A DNA stretch of 64,000 bases from an uncultured Acidobacteriota bacterium (lineage in GTDB: Bacteria; Acidobacteriota; Thermoanaerobaculia; UBA5066; Gp7-AA6), in NCBI GenBank assembly GCA_963804915.1, contig CAWDSI010000014.1, forward strand, positions 70,975-134,974. Reading direction: 5' to 3'. Shown here piece after piece: positions 56,461-64,000 of this stretch. How positions within the stretch are numbered: position 1 is the first letter of the stretch; each line of letters begins with the position of its first letter. Under the pieces are notes generated by a model. It ran no database searches. It saw only the letters and a list, made by a program, of their open reading frames with translations, and was not told the DNA's origin. Position numbers and translations under genes: made by a program.

Positions 56461-59401
56461 CTACGGAATCTCGGTCACATTATAGGGGGGCTCCGTGGCC
56501 GCTCCGGGAGCGCTCGGCCCCGAGAGAAAGCGGCCGGTCAGACTCTTCGGATTCTTCCGGATCTCGGGGGGCGGCCCTTCGGCCACGACGCGTCCGCCTT
56601 CGTCGCCGCCGCCCGGCCCGAGCTCGATGATCCAGTCGGAGGCCTCGAGAAAGCCGAGGTGGTGCTCGACGGCCAGCACCGAGTGGCCCCGGGCGATGAT
56701 GCGCCGCAGGGTGGCGATCAGCCGATCGACGTCCTTCGCGTGCAGGCCCGTGGTCGGCTCGTCGAACAGGAACAGAGATCCCCGCGAGGACGCCGGACGG
56801 ATCCCGAGAAACGCGGCGAGCTTGAGGCGCTGGGCCTCCCCGCCGGACAGGGTCGCCGTGGGCTGGCCGAGGCGCATGTAGCCCAGGCCCGCTTCGCGGA
56901 GCGGCTCCAGGCGGCGCACGATTTTCTCCTCGTCCCGGAAGAACGCCGCCGCGTCGTCGATCGTCATCTCCAGGACGTCGTCGACGTTCTGGCCGCGCAG
57001 CCTCACGGCCAGCACGCGGCTCTGGAAGCGCCGGCCGTCGCAGACGTCGCACCGCACCGTCACGTCCGCCAGAAACTGCATGTCGATCGTCTGCCAGCCC
57101 GTGCCGCGGCAGGCCTCGCAGCGGCCGCCCGCAGAATTGAACGAAAAGTCGCGCGCCGTGACTCCGCGGGAGACCGCGCGCCCGGATCGGGCGAGGGCCT
57201 TGCGGATCTCGTCCCAGGCCTTGCTGTACGTGACCGGGTTGGAGCGAGCCGAACGCCCCAGGGGGCTCTGATCGACGAGCAGCAGGTCCGAGATCCCCTC
57301 GAGGCCGTCGATCCGCTCGTGGGCGCCGACCTCGAACTGGGCGGCGCCCTTGACGCGACGGGCGTAGGCGTTGTGCAGGACGTCGCGCACCAGCGTCGAT
57401 TTGCCCGACCCCGAGACTCCGGCGACCGCGACGAGGCGTCCGAGCGGGATGCGCACGTTCACGTCGCGGAGGTTGTTCTGCCGGGCGCCGACGATGGTGA
57501 TCGCGCCCTCGGCGCGGCGGAACGGCACGACGCGGCGGGCAACCCTCGATCCCCCTTCGCCGCCCTCTCCCCCTCCGCCGTCCGAACGCGGCCCTCCGCT
57601 GCTCGCCTCCAGCCTCCTCCGCAACAGCTCCCCGGTCGCCGAACCCTTCACGCGAGCCAGAGCCAGCGGCGTGCCCTCGAAGAGCAGACGCCCGCCGAGC
57701 CGGCCGGCCCCCGGACCGAGGTCGATCAGGTGGTCCGCGGCTTCGATGGCCTCGGGGTCGTGCTCCACGACGACCACGGTGTTTCCACGGTCGGCCAGTC
57801 TCCGAAGAATGGAAAGGAGCCGCCGCGTGTCCACGGCGTGGAGCCCGATCGTCGGCTCGTCGAGCACGTAGAGCGTGCCGGTCAGCGCGCCTCCGAGCGC
57901 GGATGCCAGGCCGATGCGCTGCGCCTCCCCTCCGGAGAGCGTGCGCGCCGGACGCGCGAGGGTCAGATAACCGAGGCCCACGTCGTTCATGTAGCGGACG
58001 CGGGAGGAGAGCTCCGAGAGCACGGAGCCCAGACGTTTTTCTTCGGCGGGCGAGGGCGCGACCTCGGCGAAAAAGCGCTGGAGGTCCCTCAGCGGGAGCT
58101 CCGTGAGCTCGGCGATCGTGCGCCCCCGAAAGCGCACCCAGAGCGCCGGAGGCGCGACCCGAGCCCCGCCGCACGCGACGCAGGGCGTGTACGCGCGATA
58201 GCGCGCCAGAAGCACCCGGACGTGGATCTTGTACCGCTTGGTCTCGAGCCAGTCGAAGAAGCCCCGCACGCCGTAGAAGTCGCCGCGGCCCTGGATGAGG
58301 ACCTCGCGCTCGTGGGCCGAGAGGCGCGCCACGGGAACGTCCGTGCGCACGGAATACCGGCGGCAGGCGCGAAACAGGTCCGTGTACGCGGACTCGTAGG
58401 CCGGCGTGTTCCACGGTGCCACCGGCCGCTCGGCGAGCGTGCGACTCCGGTCCGGGATCGCCTTTTCCAGATCCACGCCGATGACGCGGCCGAAGCCCTG
58501 GCAGGCCGGACACGCGCCGAGCGGCGAGTTGAACGCGAACATCGGCGGCGTCGGATCGCGGAACTCGCGCCCGCAGCGGGGACAGTGGAGCCCCCGCCGG
58601 AACACGCGCGGACGTTCCGAACCCTGCACCCGGACTTCGAGCGTCCCCGCCAGGGAGAACGCGGTCTCCGCCGCCGAGGCGATCTCGGGGCGCGCGGCTT
58701 CGCTGACGACGAAACGCCCCACGACGAGCGGCAGCCGCCCCTCGGCGTCGATCAGGGGCCCTACGTCCTCGCCGATCTCGACGGTCTCCCCCTCCGGCGA
58801 GAGCGCGCGGAAGAACCCCGCGCGGCGGAATTCCGCGATTCGCGCGCCGTCGCTGGCCGCGCGCTTGCGCTTCCGCCCGGCTCCCGTCGCCACGGACGGT
58901 TCGCGCCAGGGCACCGGCGCCACGAGCGTCGCGCGCGCCCCCGGCTCGGCCGCGCAGAGCTCCTCGACCGCGCGATCCACCCCGCCCGGCACCGCCGCCT
59001 CGCGCGCAGTCGGGGCAGGACGTCGTCCCGCCGTGGGCGAAGAGCAGCCGGAGGGAGTCGTGGATCTCGGTCTGCGTGCCGACGGTGGAGCGCGCGTTGC
59101 GCACCCCGTTCTTCTGCTCGAGGGCGATGGCGGGAGGCACCGGCTCGATCGAGTCGGCGTCCGGACGATCCAGCCTCTCGAGGAACTGGCGGGCGTAGGT
59201 CGAGAGCGACTCCGCGTATCGCCTCTGCCCTTCGGCGTAAAGGGTGTCGAAGGCGAGGCTCGACTTGCCCGAGCCCGAGACGCCGGTGACCACGGTCAGC
59301 CGGCCGATCGGGATGTCGACCGAAACGTTGCGGAGGTTGTGGGTCCGCGCCCCCCGGATGCGGATGACAGGCGTGGAGCCCGGTTTGGCGGCTCGCTTCA
59401 A
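56461..59401 (-). pseudogene. uvrA: excinuclease ABC subunit A family protein, one +1 frame disruption near 59000
   Basis: N-terminus (TTG at 59401): [62 protein letters not shown]. After the shift come zinc-finger cysteines, two LSGGEAQR signatures and a second [10 protein letters not shown]. It may be a UvrA paralogue rather than the canonical enzyme. Confidence 0.85.
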
Positions 59402-59448
59402 ACGAACGAGATTACCATCAGCATCAGGATCAAGCCCCGGGGCGTCGG

Positions 59449-61785
59449 CTACTGCGTCCCGACCGAGAGGTCGCCGCCGTGCGTCGGGCAGTACGACGTG
59501 GGCGCCGTGCCCTGGATGAAGACCTCGGTCATCCTCTTCGGGCACCCCGGCGCCGCGAGCAGGCCGGTGTCCGGATCGATCTCGGCCGTCACGATGTTCG
59601 ACGGCACGGGAAACGGCTCGGTGAAATGCTGGGACGGGATGAAGCGCGAGAAATCCGCGAAGATCGGGACGGCGGCCTGCGTGCCCGAGAGATTCAGGCC
59701 GCGGTTGTCGTCGTAGCCGACCCAGACGACCGAGAGAAACCGGGGCGAGTACCCGGCGAACCAGGCGTCCCGGCCGTCGTTCGTCGTGCCCGTCTTGCCC
59801 GCGAGCACTCCCGTGAGCCCCCGGGCGCGCGCGCCCGCGCCCGTGCCGCGCGTGGCCGCGCCCTGCAGGATCGAGTTCACCAGGAAGGTGGCATCCGCGG
59901 GGAGCGCCGGCGCGAGGGAGGTGGCCTTGCGGTCGAGCACGGTGCCGTCGCCGGTCATCACGCCGACGATGGCGTTCGGCGCGATCCGGACGCCGCTGTT
60001 CGCGAGGGCGGCGTACGCGCCGGCGATCTCCATGGGCGAGGCCTCGAACGCGCCCAGGGCGATCGACGGATACGCGCGCAGCCGGGAGGTCATTCCGGCG
60101 TCTCGCGCGGCGGCCAGGACGAAGGGCAGTCCGGCCTTCAACGAGACCCGGACCGTCGGCACGTTGATCGAAAGTTCGAGGGCCCCCCGCGCCGTCATCC
60201 AGCCGCGATAGTCGTTGTCGTAGTTGCGGGGCGTCCACTGCTCTTCCTCGGTCTTCGTGCCCCACTCGACGACGATCGGGGAATCCAGGAGCCGCGTCGC
60301 GGGCGTCACCGGCGGGTCGACGTCGCGGCGAGCGAACGCCGCGAGATACACGAAAGGCTTGAACAGGCTGCCCGGCTGTCGATGGGCCTGCGTGACGCGG
60401 TTGAACTGCGAGAGGGAGTAGTCCCGTCCCCCGACGAGCGCCCGCACGTTGCCGGTCTGGGGCTCGAGAGCGATCAGCGCTCCCTGGAGGGGCGCCTGGC
60501 GGGCGGCCGAGGCCAGGCGCTTGTAGGTCTTCTCGAGGCTCTCGAGGCCGTCGATCACCGCCCGCTGGCCGGCGAGCTGGAGATCGACGTCGAGCGTCGT
60601 GTAGATCTGCAGGCCTTCGGTCTGGAGCTTCTGGCCGTAACGCTCGGCGAGCTCTCCCTTCACGAAGTCGACGAAGTGCGGAGCCTTGGTCCGCTCCTCG
60701 GTCCGCGTCCGGGGCGTGAGGGGCTGCGCCAGCGCGTCGGCCAGCGCGGCCTCGTCGATGCGTCCCTCCTCGCGCATGAGCCGGAGGATGAGGTTGCGCC
60801 GCTCGCGGGTGCGCTCCGGGTTTCGAAAGGGCGAGTAGGCATTGGGCGCGCGGATCATGCCCGCGATCGTGGCGGACTCGGCCAGGTCGAGGTCCGCCAC
60901 TTCCTTGCCGAAGTAGTAGCGGGCGGCTTCGCCGACGCCGGTGATCCCGATGGCTCCCCGCCTCCCGAGGTAGATCTCGTTCAGGTAGGTCTCGAGGATC
61001 TCGTCCTTGGAATAGCGGGCGTCGAGGATCACGGCCATGATGGCTTCGGTCGCCTTGCGGCGGACCGTGCGCTCCGGCGACAGGTAGAGATTCTTCACGA
61101 GCTGCTGCGTGAGGGTCGAGCCGCCCTGCGTCCGGCCGCCCTTGAGCGACGCGAAGATCGCGCCGAAGACGCGGCGGACCGAGAAGCCGGCGTGGCGATA
61201 GAAGTCGCGGTCCTCCGTCACGAGCACGGCATCGACCAGAGAATGTGGCGCGTCCGCGAGACGGATGATCGTCCGATCCTCGAGCTCCGCCGAGAAGACC
61301 GAGCCCAGCCGCTCGGGCTCGAGGAACAGAGCCGGCAGCTTCTGGCCCGTCGGGTCGGCGATGGACTTCGCCTTCTTGCCCGCGACGGTCAGTCGGAACC
61401 GCAGCGCGGCGAAGTCGTGCCCGGGATAGCGGAAGGGCCGCGTGTGGATCTCGATCGCGTCCTTGTCGATGCGATAGCGCCCCGGCCGCTCCGGGGCCGC
61501 CTCGGTCTGCTGGTAATAGAGCCGCGCGAGCTTCGCCTGGAGCTCCGCGACCGAGACCGCATCGCCCGGCCGCAGGACGTAGAGATCCGAGTAGATGCGC
61601 GAGGGAAGGTCCCAGCGCCTCCCGTCGAAGCGGGCGACGACCCGGGTCGTGAAGTACCCGAGCACGAGCACGCCGGCGAGGAGCAGGCCGCCAAACACCG
61701 CCAGGATCGGCAGGCGGTGCCGGTAAACCCAGAGCGGGAGGGAAACGGTGCGCGCGTGCGGCGGGGACGGGGTCTCGGAAGTCAC
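59449..61785 (-). CDS. class A penicillin-binding protein (PBP1A-type transglycosylase/transpeptidase)
   Basis: TM anchor. GT51 motifs [32 protein letters not shown]. Transpeptidase motifs SLFKP (SxxK), SIN, KTGTT. Confidence 0.92.
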   Translation of the reverse strand: MTSETPSPPHARTVSLPLWVYRHRLPILAVFGGLLLAGVLVLGYFTTRVVARFDGRRWDLPSRIYSDLYVLRPGDAVSVAELQAKLARLYYQQTEAAPERPGRYRIDKDAIEIHTRPFRYPGHDFAALRFRLTVAGKKAKSIADPTGQKLPALFLEPERLGSVFSAELEDRTIIRLADAPHSLVDAVLVTEDRDFYRHAGFSVRRVFGAIFASLKGGRTQGGSTLTQQLVKNLYLSPERTVRRKATEAIMAVILDARYSKDEILETYLNEIYLGRRGAIGITGVGEAARYYFGKEVADLDLAESATIAGMIRAPNAYSPFRNPERTRERRNLILRLMREEGRIDEAALADALAQPLTPRTRTEERTKAPHFVDFVKGELAERYGQKLQTEGLQIYTTLDVDLQLAGQRAVIDGLESLEKTYKRLASAARQAPLQGALIALEPQTGNVRALVGGRDYSLSQFNRVTQAHRQPGSLFKPFVYLAAFARRDVDPPVTPATRLLDSPIVVEWGTKTEEEQWTPRNYDNDYRGWMTARGALELSINVPTVRVSLKAGLPFVLAAARDAGMTSRLRAYPSIALGAFEASPMEIAGAYAALANSGVRIAPNAIVGVMTGDGTVLDRKATSLAPALPADATFLVNSILQGAATRGTGAGARARGLTGVLAGKTGTTNDGRDAWFAGYSPRFLSVVWVGYDDNRGLNLSGTQAAVPIFADFSRFIPSQHFTEPFPVPSNIVTAEIDPDTGLLAAPGCPKRMTEVFIQGTAPTSYCPTHGGDLSVGTQ

Positions 61786-61822
61786 CCGCGGGCGAGCATA
61801 ACGTCATAACATCCCGGCCGGC

Positions 61823-63703
61823 GTGGGGAAGAAGCAGCAAAGGCGGCCGGCCGCGGCTCCGCCGGCCCGGGATCTCGCCGCCGGCGTCGCCTCCGCCATC
61901 CTGTGCGTGGTCCTCGCCGGAACGGCGCTGGCCGTCGACACCCGCGCGGCGGCGGCGTTCGACTCGCCCAAGCGGCTCGTCGCACTGCTCGGGACCGCTC
62001 TCGCCGCCGCGTGCCTCCTGCTCCCGGGCCCTCGCGCCGAACGCGCGCGCGCTTCGCTCCGCGAGATCCCGCTCTTGCCGCGCGTCGCGATGATCCTGGC
62101 GGCATGCGCGCTCGCGCTCGCCGGGCTCTCGGCCCTCGCCTCGCCCCGCCGGATCATCGCGCTCGACACGCTGCGGACGATCGCGATCCTCGCCCTGCTT
62201 CTGCCGCTCGGCGCTTCGCGCGTGTTCCCCAGGGCGCGCGCCGCCCTGACGGCCGTATTCCTCGGAGCCGCCTCCCTCAACGCGGCCATCGCCGTGCTCG
62301 AGGCGCGCGGGATCTACAGCCCGTTTCAGCTGGAAACCTTCGGCACGCGTCAGGAGACGGGAGCCTACGCCGGCAACGTCGGCTATCTGGCGATCACGCT
62401 CGCGCTCGCCTCCGTCGTCGCCCTCGGGGTCCTCGTCAGCGGCCGGAAGCGGCCGGCACGGATTCTCGCGGGCGTGGCGCTCGCCGTCTTCGCGGCCGGG
62501 CTCGTCGTGAACCAGAACCTGACGGCACTCACCGCGGTCCTCGCCGGAAGCGCCGTCCTTCTCATCCTGCGCTTTCGCAAACGCGCCATCCTGCCGATCG
62601 GCGCCGCGGCCGCCGCGGTCCTGGTCGCCGTCCTGGCCTACCCTCCGCTCTCTCACCGGGCGCAGGAGCTCGCGAAGGCCGCGCGGCACGGCAACTGGGA
62701 CGCGCTCGTCTCGTTCCGGGGCGGCCCGTGGGCCTCCGCGGTCGAGATGACGCGCGAGCGGCCGCTTCTCGGATTCGGTCCGGGGACGTTCCCCTCCGAG
62801 TACGTCCCGCACCGGCTCGCCGCCGAGATCCGGGCGAAGCGGCGTTTCGTCAGCCCGCTCATCACGAGCTCGTACGCCGAGGCGCACAGCGACTATCTGC
62901 AGGTGGCGAGCGACGCCGGAATCCCCGCGGCGATCCTGGCGGTCGGCGCCGCGGGGTGCCTGTTGGCAGCCATCCTTCGGGCCGCCTGGCGGCGAAGAGA
63001 TCCCGAGGCGATCGTCCTCGCGGCCCTGCTCGCAACCGGAGCGGCGGCCGCCCTGACGTGGTTCCCTTTTCAGCGGCCGATCACGGCCGTCCCGCTGCTC
63101 CTGGCGGCGGGTCGCGCCTGGCAGGTGGCCGCCCGGCCGCCTCGAGCCCGAACCCGAGGACACCGAGCCGTGAAGACGCTCCTGCGGGTCGCCGCGGTCG
63201 CCCTCCTCGTGTGGCTCCTTGCCCCGGAGATCCCGCGTTACCGCGCCGAGCGCCGGATCGGCCTGGCCACGTCCGCGTTCCGGAGCCTGATCGACCGGGT
63301 CCAGGAGCCCGAGGCGACCGAGGAGATCCTGCGCGTCGGGCGGATCGCCCTCGCCTCGAGCCCGGATCTGCCGGGGGATGCACGGCCGGCGATGATCGCG
63401 GGCTCCGCGTTCCTCGTCACGGGACAGCCCGAGCGGGCTCTCGAAACCTACCGGGAGGCGTTCGCGACGGGCGAGCGCGCCGAGATCGACCTCAACCTCG
63501 GGCGCGCCTACATGCTGGGACGTCGCCGGGAGAGCGGCGACGCGGCGCTCCTGCGCGCCGGCTGGATCAGCCCCGAGATCCTGTCGACCCTCTCGCCCGC
63601 CGTCCGAGACCCTCTGCTCTTCCGCATCGGCCGCCTCTCCGCCGATCTCGCCGCGGGCCGCCTGACCGAGCCGCCGCCCCTCCCGCCCGAGGAGCGAAGG
63701 TAG
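61823..63703 (+). CDS. O-antigen ligase (Wzy_C)-family polytopic membrane protein with C-terminal TPR-like domain
   Basis: At least 10 hydrophobic helices. Wzy_C-like block GFGPGTF...[16 protein letters not shown]. Soluble helical-repeat tail. Confidence 0.7.
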   Translation: MGKKQQRRPAAAPPARDLAAGVASAILCVVLAGTALAVDTRAAAAFDSPKRLVALLGTALAAACLLLPGPRAERARASLREIPLLPRVAMILAACALALAGLSALASPRRIIALDTLRTIAILALLLPLGASRVFPRARAALTAVFLGAASLNAAIAVLEARGIYSPFQLETFGTRQETGAYAGNVGYLAITLALASVVALGVLVSGRKRPARILAGVALAVFAAGLVVNQNLTALTAVLAGSAVLLILRFRKRAILPIGAAAAAVLVAVLAYPPLSHRAQELAKAARHGNWDALVSFRGGPWASAVEMTRERPLLGFGPGTFPSEYVPHRLAAEIRAKRRFVSPLITSSYAEAHSDYLQVASDAGIPAAILAVGAAGCLLAAILRAAWRRRDPEAIVLAALLATGAAAALTWFPFQRPITAVPLLLAAGRAWQVAARPPRARTRGHRAVKTLLRVAAVALLVWLLAPEIPRYRAERRIGLATSAFRSLIDRVQEPEATEEILRVGRIALASSPDLPGDARPAMIAGSAFLVTGQPERALETYREAFATGERAEIDLNLGRAYMLGRRRESGDAALLRAGWISPEILSTLSPAVRDPLLFRIGRLSADLAAGRLTEPPPLPPEERR

Positions 63704-63706
63704 CAG

Positions 63707-64000
63707 CTAACTGAGAGGCCTGGGGTCGTCCCGGAAGATCCGGCTCGAGTAGATCCCCCAGACGTGCAGCTTGTAGAGCAGCATCGTCTTGAGGATCGCG
63801 AGACCGTAGCGCACCGAGGGTCCGAACGCGATCTGCGAGGCCTCGTCGAAGTAGCGCGTCTCGATCGGGATCTCGCAGATCCGCAGGCCCTTCGCCATGC
63901 CCTGCGCGATGATCTCGGTGTCGAAGACGAATCCGTCGGAGTTGGCCTCGAGGTTGACCGTCTCGAGGTACTTGCGCGTGTACGCGCGAAACCCGCTGTG
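63707..64000 (-). CDS. family-2 glycosyltransferase, C-terminal fragment (gene continues beyond window)
   Basis: Reverse frame reads HSGFRAYTRKYLETV..DGFVFDTEIIAQGMAKGLRICEIPIETRYFDEAS, a typical GT2 (polyprenyl-phosphate sugar transferase) C-terminal region. Confidence 0.75.
   Translation of the reverse strand, partial: HSGFRAYTRKYLETVNLEANSDGFVFDTEIIAQGMAKGLRICEIPIETRYFDEASQIAFGPSVRYGLAILKTMLLYKLHVWGIYSSRIFRDDPRPLS

Noticed and set aside
56480-63163. 2227-aa ORF on the minus strand, the longest in the track
   Set aside because: It is a stop-free shadow frame running across uvrA, the PBP1A gene and antisense to the O-antigen-ligase gene. Its composition is the Arg/Gly/Pro/Ala junk typical of off-frame high-GC DNA. 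Only the segment at about 59000-59401 is real, as the uvrA N-terminus before its frameshift.
1-64000. Mobile elements, prophage or a horizontally acquired island
   Set aside because: No transposase, integrase, recombinase, phage structural genes or flanking tRNA/att repeats were seen. Composition looks uniform except for short AT-richer intergenic patches.

Overview
Very GC-rich (about 70% by eye) bacterial chromosomal segment carrying about 50 genes in tight operons. Many adjacent genes share 1-4 nt stop/start overlaps. I found no rRNA, tRNA, CRISPR array, transposase, integrase or prophage gene. Gene content is housekeeping plus cell envelope: lon, thiL, sdaAA/sdaAB, aroA, lpxH-like, apbC, plsC, mlaEFD, ugd/uxs/epimerase, uvrA, a PBP1A-type synthase, two ABC-2 exporters, and several large polytopic glycosyltransferase or O-antigen-ligase-like proteins with TPR tails. 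Lineage is only an inference: the mix of CRTAC1/ASPIC FG-GAP proteins, multiheme-TPR proteins and GC-rich codon usage resembles Acidobacteriota-like soil bacteria. Five things deserve a second look. (1) An orphan 157-aa poly-arginine tandem-repeat protein at 19850-20323 has its own long leader, strong SD and hairpin. (2) A secreted or envelope gene cluster spans 13.5-29.3 kb. It holds a P-domain S8 protease, a membrane pentaheme-TPR cytochrome, three FG-GAP/ASPIC paralogues and a coupled rhomboid. (3) At least 13 single-base frame disruptions hit 8 well-conserved genes, including aroA, uvrA and mlaF, and 11 of them behave as +1 insertions. This most likely reflects assembly or sequencing indels rather than mass pseudogenisation. 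(4) Heptamer-repeat arrays and REP-like hairpin elements sit at gene junctions. (5) A Ycf46-like AAA+ ATPase lies divergent from a 480-aa pentapeptide-repeat protein. Most very long ORFs in the six-frame track are stop-codon-poor shadow frames typical of high-GC DNA and were rejected.
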